DNA of 64,000 nucleotides from Pseudodesulfovibrio indicus (GTDB lineage: Bacteria > Desulfobacterota > Desulfovibrionia > Desulfovibrionales > Desulfovibrionaceae). The notes under the pieces are model-generated. The model ran no database searches. It was given only the letters and a program-made list of their open reading frames with translations, and was not told the DNA's origin. Every line of letters begins with the position of its first letter. The first letter of the stretch is position 1. Where the stretch lies: positions 3,513,486 to 3,577,485 of the forward strand of contig NZ_CP014206.1 of assembly GCF_001563225.1 (NCBI RefSeq), in the 5' to 3' direction. A program made the translations under genes and the position numbers. This document shows positions 40,270 to 49,483 of this stretch, in pieces.

Positions 40270-41340
40270 ATGTCTAATCTCAAAATGATGCGTAAAGCGG
40301 TCGCGTTCGCGGTCGTGGCCATCCTCATGACGGCGCTGTCCGCCGGGGCCGCCGGGTTCAAGAAAGAATACAAGATGCAGGTCACGGTCGGGCCGAAGCT
40401 CTACTGGGGCATGGGCGCCACCAAGTTCGCCGAGCTGGTCGGCGAAAAGACCAACGGCCAGATCAACGTCAAACCGTACTTCGGGTCCGCCCTGCTCAAG
40501 GGCGCGCAGCTCAAGAGCTCGCAGATGGTCGCCAAGGGCGTCATCGACTGCGCCATCGATTCGACCATCAACATCAGCCCGGTCATCCCCGAAGCCAATA
40601 TTTTTCATCTTCCCTTCTTCCTGAACGACTTCGAGACCCTGGACAAGGTCAAGTACGGCCAGGCGGGCGAGGCCGTGTTTGCGGCCATGCGCGCCAAGCG
40701 CATCGAGCCGTTGGCCTGGGCCGAGAACGGCTTCCGCCAGCTGACCAACTCCAAGGTCGCGGTCAGGACCCCCGCCGACATGAAGGGTCTGCGCATCCGC
40801 GTGGTCGGCAACCCGCTGTTCATCGACACCTTCCGCCAGCTGGGCGCCGACCCGGTGAACATGAACTGGGGCGACGCGGTCGCCGGTTTCCAGCAGGGCG
40901 TGGTCGACGGCCAGGAGAACCCGGTCGGCGTGCTCATCCCCATCCAGATCTACCAGTACCACAAGTACGCGACCATGTGGAATTACCTGGTCGATCCGCT
41001 GATCATCTACTGGAACCAGCAGGAGTGGAACGGTTTCCCCGAGGAGATCCAAAACGCGATCATGGAGGCCGCCAACGAGGCGGGCCGCTTCGAAACCGCC
41101 CTGAGCCGCGCCGGACTTGACGGCGACGTCTCCCTGAACATCCTCAAGAACGAATTCAACTACACCATGGAAGTTCCGGACCCCATCGCTTTCCTGGAAA
41201 GCAAGGGCATGGAAGTCCACATGCTTACCGACGAGGAGCGGGCCGCCTTTGCCGAGGTCACCCGTCCCGTCTACGACAAGTGGGTCAAGGAGATCGGTAC
41301 CGATCTCTATGAGAAGGCCAAGGCCGACATCGGCCAATAA
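40270..41340 (+). CDS. TRAP transporter substrate-binding protein (DctP family)
   Basis: Start MSNLKMMRK signal peptide; DctP-family fold. Confidence 0.9.
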   Translation: MSNLKMMRKAVAFAVVAILMTALSAGAAGFKKEYKMQVTVGPKLYWGMGATKFAELVGEKTNGQINVKPYFGSALLKGAQLKSSQMVAKGVIDCAIDSTINISPVIPEANIFHLPFFLNDFETLDKVKYGQAGEAVFAAMRAKRIEPLAWAENGFRQLTNSKVAVRTPADMKGLRIRVVGNPLFIDTFRQLGADPVNMNWGDAVAGFQQGVVDGQENPVGVLIPIQIYQYHKYATMWNYLVDPLIIYWNQQEWNGFPEEIQNAIMEAANEAGRFETALSRAGLDGDVSLNILKNEFNYTMEVPDPIAFLESKGMEVHMLTDEERAAFAEVTRPVYDKWVKEIGTDLYEKAKADIGQ

Positions 41341-41442
41341 GCCCTTCCCTTGCCGACGATTGCGTCCCGCCCCGGAGTGGTTCTCCGGGGCGGGCTCTCT
41401 CACGGGGTTTCGCCTGCGGAACCCGAATAGCGGAGTAAGCGT

Positions 41443-41922
41443 GTGAAAAAGTTACTGTTTGGTTTCAGCCTCGAGCACTGGCTCGTGGCCCTCTGCATGG
41501 CCGGCATGGTGATCATCGCCTTCCTCAACGTCCTGAGCCGGTACATCTTTCATTTCTCCCTGGCCGCCACCGAGGAGATCACCATCAACCTCTTCGTCTG
41601 GATGACCGTCATCGGCATCGGCATCGCCTTCAAGCGGGGCGGACACATGGGCATGGTGACCTTCTTCAACCATTTCCCCCGGCGCGCGCAGAAGACGTGC
41701 ATCGTCATCTATTCCCTGCTCGCCGCCCTGCTCTTCCTGGTCCTGGACTACTACATGATCCAGGCCATCTACGACGAGATCACCCTGTTCGAGGCCAAGT
41801 CCGCCGCCCTGAACATCCCGGTGTGGATCTACTACCTGGGGCTGCCGGTCCTGTCGGTCTTCATCTTCCACGGCATCTACTGCGACGCCGTGCGCAAGCT
41901 GGCCGACCCGGAGGAGGAGTAA
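41443..41922 (+). CDS. TRAP transporter small permease (DctQ)
   Basis: GTG start with GGAG RBS; 4 TM ~160 aa. Confidence 0.8.
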   Translation: MKKLLFGFSLEHWLVALCMAGMVIIAFLNVLSRYIFHFSLAATEEITINLFVWMTVIGIGIAFKRGGHMGMVTFFNHFPRRAQKTCIVIYSLLAALLFLVLDYYMIQAIYDEITLFEAKSAALNIPVWIYYLGLPVLSVFIFHGIYCDAVRKLADPEEE

Positions 41923-41925
41923 GCC

Positions 41926-43215
41926 ATGGAATTCCTGCTCATCCTGGTCCTCTTCCTGGTGCTCATGGTCATGGGCGCGCCCATCGGCACGTCGCTCGGC
42001 GTGTCCGCGGTGGCCACCATCCTGTACTTCGACCTGGGAGCGGAGATGCTCGGCGTGAACTTCGCCTCGGGCATCGCCTCCTTCCCGCTGCTGGCCATCC
42101 CGTTCTTCGTCCTGGCGGGCGTCATCCTGGAACGGGCGGGCATCGCGGCGCACATCGCCAACTTCTTCGAGCTGCTGGTGGGCCGCGCCACGGGCGGGCT
42201 GTCCATCGTGGCCGTGCTGACCTGCATGTTCTGGGGCGCCATGTCCGGCTCCGGCCCGGCCACCACCGCCGCCGTGGGCCTGATCCTGCTCACCCCCATG
42301 CTCAAGAACGGCTACGACAAGGCCTTTGCCGGGGCGACCATCGCCAACGCCTCGGACCTGTCCATCATCATCCCGCCGTCCATCGCCTTCATCATCTACG
42401 GCAACATCACCTCGGTGTCCGTGTCCGCGCTGTTCGTGGCGGGCATCATCCCCGGCATCCTGACCGGGCTGGCGACCATGCTCGTGGCCTGGTACATCTC
42501 CTACCGCCGGGGCTACCGGGGGCTGGTCTGCCGAGGCTGCATGACCGACCTGCTCAAGGCCCTGCGCCAGTCCTTCTGGGCGATCATGGCCCCGGTGGTC
42601 ATCCTGGGCGGCATCTACACCGGCATCTTCACGCCCACCGAGGCGGCGGTGGTGGCGGTCTTCTACAGCCTGTTCGTGGCCGTGGTCGTCTACCGCTCCA
42701 TCGGCTGGCGCGACCTGATCGAGATCCTGGTGGACTCCGCCGTGACCAGCTCGGTGATCATGTTCATCGTGGCCTTCGCGGGCATCTTCACCTGGGCCGC
42801 CTCGGTCACCGGGGTCATCGACGCCATGGCCGACCTGATCATCCGCATCTCGCCCAACGCCGTGGTCATGATCATCCTGGTCAACGTCCTGCTCTTCGGC
42901 CTGGGCATGATCCTGGACGCCATCTCCATCTCGTACCTGCTCATGCCGATCCTCATCCCGGTGCTCTCCGCGTTCCACGTGGACCCGGTGTTCTACGGGG
43001 TCATCTTCATCTCGGCCCTGGCCATCGGCCAGGCCACGCCGCCGGTGGGCGTCAACCTGTTCACCGCCGCCAACCTGGTGGGCTGCGATGTGGACGAGAT
43101 CGCCAAGGAGGCGATCCCCTACGTGGTCATGGACTTCGTGGTCCTGATCATCATCTCGCTCATTCCGGCGCTGTCGCTGGTGCTGCCCCAGTGGGCCGGA
43201 CTGTATACGCCGTAA
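41926..43215 (+). CDS. TRAP transporter large permease (DctM)
   Basis: 429 aa polytopic membrane protein. Confidence 0.9.
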   Translation: MEFLLILVLFLVLMVMGAPIGTSLGVSAVATILYFDLGAEMLGVNFASGIASFPLLAIPFFVLAGVILERAGIAAHIANFFELLVGRATGGLSIVAVLTCMFWGAMSGSGPATTAAVGLILLTPMLKNGYDKAFAGATIANASDLSIIIPPSIAFIIYGNITSVSVSALFVAGIIPGILTGLATMLVAWYISYRRGYRGLVCRGCMTDLLKALRQSFWAIMAPVVILGGIYTGIFTPTEAAVVAVFYSLFVAVVVYRSIGWRDLIEILVDSAVTSSVIMFIVAFAGIFTWAASVTGVIDAMADLIIRISPNAVVMIILVNVLLFGLGMILDAISISYLLMPILIPVLSAFHVDPVFYGVIFISALAIGQATPPVGVNLFTAANLVGCDVDEIAKEAIPYVVMDFVVLIIISLIPALSLVLPQWAGLYTP

Positions 43216-43220
43216 GGCCG

Positions 43221-43255
43221 GGGGCCTTCCCGTGGCGGGGAGGCCCCTTTTTTTT
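43221..43255 (+). terminator. rho-independent terminator after dctM
   Basis: GGGGCCTtcccgtggcggggAGGCCCC followed by TTTTTTTT. Confidence 0.7.
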
Positions 43256-43513
43256 ACGCCCGGTTTTGTCTCGAACCATTTTACAATCCCGTTAAATACC
43301 CTTGATCCGAACACCAGATAATTTCAAAAATGTAACCTTTCCGGACCGCGCGAGCCGCGCTTCCGGGCGGGCTTCACATCACAGGGGCCGGGGTTTGCTG
43401 GCAATAAGCCGGGCCGCGTCTTCTGGCACTGCCATTGCACCTTCCACCGGGCCGGGACGCCATCGTCACGGCCGCGCGACATTCCATACCATCAACCGCA
43501 AGAGAGGATTTTA

Positions 43514-44506
43514 ATGAAACGCATTCTGACCATCGCGGCGGCGCTCTGCCTGGCGGTCGCCCTGTTCGCGGGCTCCGCCATGGCCGCGGGCAAGCTCAAG
43601 GTGGCGGGCATCTACACCCAGCCCATCCAGCAGAAATGGGACGCCTGCCTGCACAAGGCCCTGCAAAAGGCCGCCGACGCGGGCGAAATCGAGTACGTGT
43701 ACTCCGAGAAGGTATCCAACACCGACTACATCCGCGTGCTGCGCGAGTACTCCGAGAAGGGCGTGAACCTGATCGTGGGCGAGGCCTTCGGCATCTCCCG
43801 CGACGTGACCAAGGTGGCCAAGGACTACCCGAACGTGGCCTACCTCATGGGCGACTCCTTCGGCCCGCGCGGCGACAATCTTTCCGTGTTCGACAACTAC
43901 ATCCACGAGCCGTGCTACCTGATGGGCATGGTCGCGGGCAAGATGACCAAGACCAACAAGATCGGCATGGTCGGCGGCTATCCCATCGGCGAATGCAACC
44001 GGCTGTTCAACGCCTTCATGGCCGGGGCCAAATCCGTGAACCCGGACGTCCAGTTCAAGGTCTCCTTCATCGGCTCCTGGTATGATCCGCCCAAGGCCAA
44101 GGAATTCGCCTTCGCCCAGGTGGAGTCCGGCGTGGACGTGCTCTACGCCGAGCGCGCGGGCGTGGTCGACGCGGCCCGCGAAAAGGGCATCATCGCCTTC
44201 GGCAACGTCAACGACATGAACAAGGAAGAGAACGGCAAGGACGTGGTCGTGGCCTCCGCCCTGTGGAGCATGGACGCCGCCATCGGCCACGCCGTGCAGC
44301 TGGTCGAGGCGGGCCAGTTCAAGGCCGAGGACTACCGCGAGTGGACCATGATGGCCAAGGGCGGCGCGTCCCTGTCCCCGTTCTACGAGTTCGAGGACAA
44401 GATTCCCGCCGACGTCAAGGCGGCCGTGGCGCAGAAAGCCGACGAGATCAAGGCCGGGACCTTCACCGTCGCCATCGACGACGCCGAGCCCAAGTCCACC
44501 TTCTAA
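43514..44506 (+). CDS. BMP-family (PnrA-like) nucleoside ABC transporter substrate-binding lipoprotein
   Basis: Signal peptide, KVAGIYTQPIQQKWD, BMP fold. Confidence 0.9.
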   Translation: MKRILTIAAALCLAVALFAGSAMAAGKLKVAGIYTQPIQQKWDACLHKALQKAADAGEIEYVYSEKVSNTDYIRVLREYSEKGVNLIVGEAFGISRDVTKVAKDYPNVAYLMGDSFGPRGDNLSVFDNYIHEPCYLMGMVAGKMTKTNKIGMVGGYPIGECNRLFNAFMAGAKSVNPDVQFKVSFIGSWYDPPKAKEFAFAQVESGVDVLYAERAGVVDAAREKGIIAFGNVNDMNKEENGKDVVVASALWSMDAAIGHAVQLVEAGQFKAEDYREWTMMAKGGASLSPFYEFEDKIPADVKAAVAQKADEIKAGTFTVAIDDAEPKSTF

Positions 44507-44567
44507 ACGAACCCTCACGGCGGGCCGCTTCCCCTTGTCGGGGGAGCGGCCCGTTTTCCGGAGCTCC

Positions 44568-46106
44568 ATGCAGGACCCCATCCTGACCCTGAACGGCATC
44601 ACCAAGACCTTCGGGCCGGTGGTCGCCAACCAAGACGTGACCCTGACCCTCCATCGCGGCGAGATGCTCGCCCTGCTGGGCGAGAACGGCGCGGGCAAGA
44701 CCACCCTCATGTCCATCCTGTTCGGCCATTACGTGGCCGACGCGGGCACGGTGGAGGTGGACGGCGCGCCCCTGCCCCAGGGGTCGCCCCGCGCCGCGTT
44801 GAACGCGGGCGTGGGCATGGTCCACCAGCACTTCACCCTGGCCGGAAACATGTCCGTGCTCGAAAACGTCATGCTCGGCACCGAACCCCTGACCGCGCTC
44901 AGGCACGACCGCAAGACCGCCCTGGCCAAGCTCACGGCCCTGATGGCCCGCTTCGGCCTGGACGTGAACCCCTCGGCCAAGGTCAACGCCCTGTCCGTGG
45001 GCGAACGCCAGCGGGTGGAGATATTAAAGGTCCTGTACCGCGACGCACGCATCCTCATCCTGGACGAGCCGACCTCGGTGCTCACCCCGCAGGAGGCGGA
45101 CCACCTGTTCCACACCCTGCGCCAGATGGTCGGCGAGGGGCTGTCCGTGATCTTCATCACCCACAAGATGCGCGAGGTCATGGCCGCGTCCGACCGCTGC
45201 GCCGTGCTCCGCCAGGGGCGCGTGGTCTTCGAGTCGGCCACGGCGGACACCACCGCCGGGGAGCTGGCCCGGGCCATGGTCGGCAGCGACATCCCCAAGG
45301 CGCGCCGCCCGGAGCCGAAGCAGGGCAAGGAGATCCTGTACCTCGACTCCATCCGGGTGGATGACGCGCGCGGCAAACCGCTCCTGGACAACCTCTCCCT
45401 GAGCCTCAAGAGCCACGAAATCCTGGGCATCGCCGGGGTCTCCGGCAACGGCCAGGCCCAGCTGGCCGACCTGCTCTCCGGGCTGATCGCGCCCCGCTGC
45501 GGGCAGATCGTCATCCGGGGCAAGGCCGTGCACAACCCCACCCCGGCGGCCATGCTGGAGCGCGGCGTGGGCCGCGTGCCCGACGACCGCACCGGCACCG
45601 GCCTGGTGGCGGACATGACCGTCATGGAGAACCTGGCCACCGAGACCTACCGGCTGCCCGGCTTCGCCCGGCGCGGCGTGCTGAATTTCAAGGCGCTGGC
45701 CTCCCGCGCCAAACAACTGGTGGAAACCTTCGACATCCGCTGCCCCGGCATCGATACCCCGGTGCGCAAGCTGTCCGGCGGCAACATGCAAAAGCTCATC
45801 CTGGCCCGCGTGTTTTCGAGCGCGCCCGCCATCATCATGGTCAACCAGCCCACCTGGGGGCTGGACGTGGGGGCCACCGCCTACGTCCACCAGCAGCTCC
45901 TGAACGGGGCCGAACGCGGCGCGGGCATCATCCTCATCTCCGAGGACCTCGACGAACTGCTCCAGGTGGCGGACCGCATCCAGGTCATGTACCAGGGGTC
46001 CCTGTCCGACCCGGTTCCCACCTCCGGGGTGGACCGCGCCGGGCTGGGCCTGCTCATGTCCGGCAACCGGCCCAAGGGTGCCGGGGGAGGCGTAGCATGC
46101 GCATAG
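44568..46106 (+). CDS. nucleoside/sugar ABC transporter ATP-binding protein (two ATPase domains)
   Basis: Start MQDPILTLNGI; GENGAGKTT, LSVGERQRVEI; second domain LSGGNMQK. Confidence 0.9.
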   Translation: MQDPILTLNGITKTFGPVVANQDVTLTLHRGEMLALLGENGAGKTTLMSILFGHYVADAGTVEVDGAPLPQGSPRAALNAGVGMVHQHFTLAGNMSVLENVMLGTEPLTALRHDRKTALAKLTALMARFGLDVNPSAKVNALSVGERQRVEILKVLYRDARILILDEPTSVLTPQEADHLFHTLRQMVGEGLSVIFITHKMREVMAASDRCAVLRQGRVVFESATADTTAGELARAMVGSDIPKARRPEPKQGKEILYLDSIRVDDARGKPLLDNLSLSLKSHEILGIAGVSGNGQAQLADLLSGLIAPRCGQIVIRGKAVHNPTPAAMLERGVGRVPDDRTGTGLVADMTVMENLATETYRLPGFARRGVLNFKALASRAKQLVETFDIRCPGIDTPVRKLSGGNMQKLILARVFSSAPAIIMVNQPTWGLDVGATAYVHQQLLNGAERGAGIILISEDLDELLQVADRIQVMYQGSLSDPVPTSGVDRAGLGLLMSGNRPKGAGGGVACA

Positions 46107-47146
46107 AAGCGCGGGAGAATGTCTCCCTGGCCCGCAAGGCCCTGGCCCCGGTCCTGGCCGTGGGCGCGGCCATGGTCGTCTGTTCCGCCCTGCTCGTCTG
46201 GGCCGGGGCGTCCCCCCTGGAGGGCTGGGCGCTGATGCTCAAGGGCGCGCTGGGTTCCACCTTCGCCCTGACCGAGACCCTGACCCGCGCCACCCCGCTG
46301 ATCTTCACCGGGCTGGCCGCGGCCGTGGCCTTCCGGGCCAAGCTCTGGAACATCGGGGCCGAGGGACAGCTGTACATCGGCGCGGTGGTCGCCACCTGGC
46401 TCGGCGCGGGGTCCTTCGAGATGCCCGCCTTCCTGATGATCCCCTACCTCTTCCTGGCCGGAGCCGTGGGCGGGGGGCTGCTCCTGCTCCTGCCCACCCT
46501 GCTCAAGACCAAGCTCCAGGTGGACGAGGTGGTCACCACCCTGCTGCTCAACTTCATCGTCCTGCTGTTCGTCAACTGGCTGGTCTTCGGGCCGTGGAAG
46601 GACCCCATGGCCATGGGCTGGCCCCAGGCCGCGCCGGTGGTCGATTCCGCCCTGCTGCCCCAGCTCCTGGCCAAGACCCGGCTGCACCTGGGGTTCGTCA
46701 TCGCCCTGGCCTGCGCCGTGGGCGCGTGGTGGTTCATGCGCGCCACCACCTGGGGATTCGAGATCCGGGCCGTGGGCGCGAGCCCCCGCGCCAGTCGGTT
46801 CGCGGGCATGCCGGTGAACGCGGTCATCGTGCGCACCGCCCTGCTCTCCGGCGGGCTGGCCGCCATGGCGGGCGTGTCCGAGCTGCTCGGGGTCAAGGAG
46901 TACCTGACCCTCGACCTCTCCCCCGGCTTCGGCTACTCCGGCATCGTGGTCGCCATGCTCGCGGCCCTGCACCCGCTGGGCGTGGTCGCCTCGTCCCTGT
47001 TCGTGGCGGTCATCTACATCGGCGCGGACTCCATGAGCCGGGCCATCAACATCTCCAACTACATCGCGGACGTGACCACGGCGGTCTGTCTGCTCTCGGT
47101 GCTGGTCTCCATGTTCCTGACCCGCTACCGCATCCGGTGGAGGTAG
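46097..47146 (+). CDS. ABC transporter permease
   Basis: polytopic membrane protein. Confidence 0.9.
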   Translation: MRIEARENVSLARKALAPVLAVGAAMVVCSALLVWAGASPLEGWALMLKGALGSTFALTETLTRATPLIFTGLAAAVAFRAKLWNIGAEGQLYIGAVVATWLGAGSFEMPAFLMIPYLFLAGAVGGGLLLLLPTLLKTKLQVDEVVTTLLLNFIVLLFVNWLVFGPWKDPMAMGWPQAAPVVDSALLPQLLAKTRLHLGFVIALACAVGAWWFMRATTWGFEIRAVGASPRASRFAGMPVNAVIVRTALLSGGLAAMAGVSELLGVKEYLTLDLSPGFGYSGIVVAMLAALHPLGVVASSLFVAVIYIGADSMSRAINISNYIADVTTAVCLLSVLVSMFLTRYRIRWR

Positions 47147-47147
47147 C

Positions 47148-48089
47148 ATGAACCTGTTCGACTTCCTTCTTGAGACCGGTTTCTGGATGGCCACCATCCG
47201 GATGGCCTCGCCGCTCATCTTCGGCACCCTGGGCGAGCTGATCTGCGAGCGCGCGGGCGTGCTCAACCTCGGCATCGAGGGCATCATGTCCGCCGGGTGC
47301 ATGGCGGGCTGGATGTGGGTCTACCTCGGCGGCGACCTGTGGACCGGCGTGCTCTTCGCGGCCTTTGTGGGCGCGATGTTCGGGCTGCTCCACGCCCTGT
47401 TCACCGTGCACCTGGGGCTGTCCCAGCACGTCACGGGCCTGGGCATCACCATGCTCGGATCGAGCCTCGCGGCCTTCGTCTTCCGCATGCTCCTGCCCAA
47501 GGCCACCACCCCGCCCAAGATCGTGCCGTTCACCCCGCTCAAGGTCCCGTTCCTGTCCGACCTGCCCTTCCTGGGCGAGACCCTGTTCAACCAGACCGCC
47601 CTCACCTATCTGGCCCTCGCCATGGTCGTGGTGGTCGCCTACCTGCTCTTCCGCACCCCGCTGGGGCTGGCCGTGCGCATGGTCGGCGAAAACCCCATGG
47701 CCGCCGAGGCGCAGGGATTGTCCGTGTTCTCCATCCGCACCGGCGCGGTCATGGCGGGCAGCGCGCTCATGGCCGTGGGCGGCGCGTTCCTGACCATGTC
47801 CGCCTTTGACGCGCACTACATCGGCATGGTCAACGGACGCGGCTGGATCTGCATCGCCCTGGTGGTCTTCTCGTCCTGGAAACCGGCCAAGGCGCTGCTG
47901 GGCTGCGTGCTCTTCGCGGCCTTCGACGCCATCCAGATGCGCGTGCAGCAGCAGTCCGGCATGGCCATCCCGTACCAATTCTACTTGATGATGCCCTACG
48001 TTTTCTCCATCATAGCGCTCATCGTCATGTCGCGCCGCGCGGCCTACCCCAAGGCCCTGCTCATCCCCTTCCGCAGGGGCGAACGCTAA
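47148..48089 (+). CDS. ABC transporter permease
   Basis: polytopic membrane protein. Confidence 0.9.
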   Translation: MNLFDFLLETGFWMATIRMASPLIFGTLGELICERAGVLNLGIEGIMSAGCMAGWMWVYLGGDLWTGVLFAAFVGAMFGLLHALFTVHLGLSQHVTGLGITMLGSSLAAFVFRMLLPKATTPPKIVPFTPLKVPFLSDLPFLGETLFNQTALTYLALAMVVVVAYLLFRTPLGLAVRMVGENPMAAEAQGLSVFSIRTGAVMAGSALMAVGGAFLTMSAFDAHYIGMVNGRGWICIALVVFSSWKPAKALLGCVLFAAFDAIQMRVQQQSGMAIPYQFYLMMPYVFSIIALIVMSRRAAYPKALLIPFRRGER

Positions 48090-48105
48090 CGAAAGGGAGA
48101 ACCCC

Positions 48106-49371
48106 ATGCTCGACCTGCTGGTCAAGAACGCGCGCATCGCCGGGCGCGAAACCACGGCGGACATCGCCTGCCGGGACGGGAAGATCGTCGAGGTCGCCCC
48201 GTGCATCGAGGGCGAGGCCGCTCGGACCATTGACGCCGACGGCTGCCTGGTCACGCCCCCCTTCGTGGACTCCCACTTCCACATGGACGCCACCCTGTCC
48301 ATGGGCATGCCGCGCCTGAACCGGTCCGGCACCCTGCTGGAGGGCATCCGCATCTGGGGCGAGCTCAAGCCCGACCTGACCCCCGAGGGGTTGAAGGAAC
48401 GCGCCCTCAAGCTCTGCTCCTGGGCCGTGGCCAAGGGCAACCTGGCCATCCGCACCCACGTGGACACCACGGACCCGACCCTGATGGCCGTGGACATGCT
48501 CCTGGAGGTGCGCGAGGAGATGAAGGAGTTCATCGACATCCAGCTGGTGGCCTTTCCCCAGGACGGCGTGCTGCGCTGCGAACGCGGCGTGGAGCTCTTG
48601 AAGCGCGCCCTGGACAAGGGCGTGGACGTGGTCGGCGGCATCCCGCACTTCGAGCGGACCATGGACGAGGGCCGAAGGTCCGTGGAGATCCTCTGCGAGA
48701 TCGCGGCGGACCGGGGGCTGATGGTCGACATGCACTGCGACGAGTCCGACGACCCGCACTCGCGGCACATCGAATCCCTGACCTTCCAGACGCAACGGCT
48801 GGGCATGCAGGGCCGCGTCACCGGCTCGCACCTGACCTCCATGCACTCCATGGACAACTACTACGTGTCCAAGCTCCTGCCGCTCATGGCCGAGGCCGGG
48901 ATCAACTGCGTGTGCAACCCGCTGGTGAACATGAACCTCCAAGGCCGCCACGACACCTATCCCAAGCGGCGCGGGCTGATGCGCGTGCCCGAGCTGACGG
49001 CCATGGGGATCAACGTGTCGCTCGGCCACGACGACGTCATGGACCCGTGGTATCCCATGGGCACCCACGACATGCTGGAGGTCGCCCACATGGGCGCGCA
49101 CGCCCTGCACATGACCGGCACGGACCAGCAGGAAGCGTTGTTCGACGCGGTCACCGTCAACGGCGCGAAGACCCTGAACCTCGCGGGCTACGGGCTGGCC
49201 CCGGGCGACAACGCGGACATGGTCGTGCTCCAGGCCGCTAACCGGCTGGAGGCGCTCAGGCTGCACCCCGCCCGGCTGTTCGTCATCCGGCGCGGCAAGG
49301 TCATCTCCACCACCCCGCCGGTGCGCGCCACCGTGGAGCTGGGACGAACCCTGACCGTGGATTTCCGCTGA
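48106..49371 (+). CDS. codA: cytosine deaminase-like amidohydrolase
   Basis: 421 aa, DSHFHMD metal motif, HxH..H..D pattern of CodA family. Confidence 0.85.
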   Translation: MLDLLVKNARIAGRETTADIACRDGKIVEVAPCIEGEAARTIDADGCLVTPPFVDSHFHMDATLSMGMPRLNRSGTLLEGIRIWGELKPDLTPEGLKERALKLCSWAVAKGNLAIRTHVDTTDPTLMAVDMLLEVREEMKEFIDIQLVAFPQDGVLRCERGVELLKRALDKGVDVVGGIPHFERTMDEGRRSVEILCEIAADRGLMVDMHCDESDDPHSRHIESLTFQTQRLGMQGRVTGSHLTSMHSMDNYYVSKLLPLMAEAGINCVCNPLVNMNLQGRHDTYPKRRGLMRVPELTAMGINVSLGHDDVMDPWYPMGTHDMLEVAHMGAHALHMTGTDQQEALFDAVTVNGAKTLNLAGYGLAPGDNADMVVLQAANRLEALRLHPARLFVIRRGKVISTTPPVRATVELGRTLTVDFR

Positions 49372-49435
49372 GAGCGGTTCGCCGCCGGCAAGCACCACCC
49401 GACCTTGTACCGGCGCGGCCCGCGCCACGCAAAAA

Positions 49436-49468
49436 GGCCCGGAGTCCGAGGACCCCGGGCCGTGTTTT
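49436..49468. terminator. bidirectional terminator between convergent codA and multiheme cytochrome
   Basis: aaaaaGGCCCGG...CCGGGCCgtgtttt. Confidence 0.5.
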
Positions 49469-49483
49469 CCGGCGCGTGCGCCG

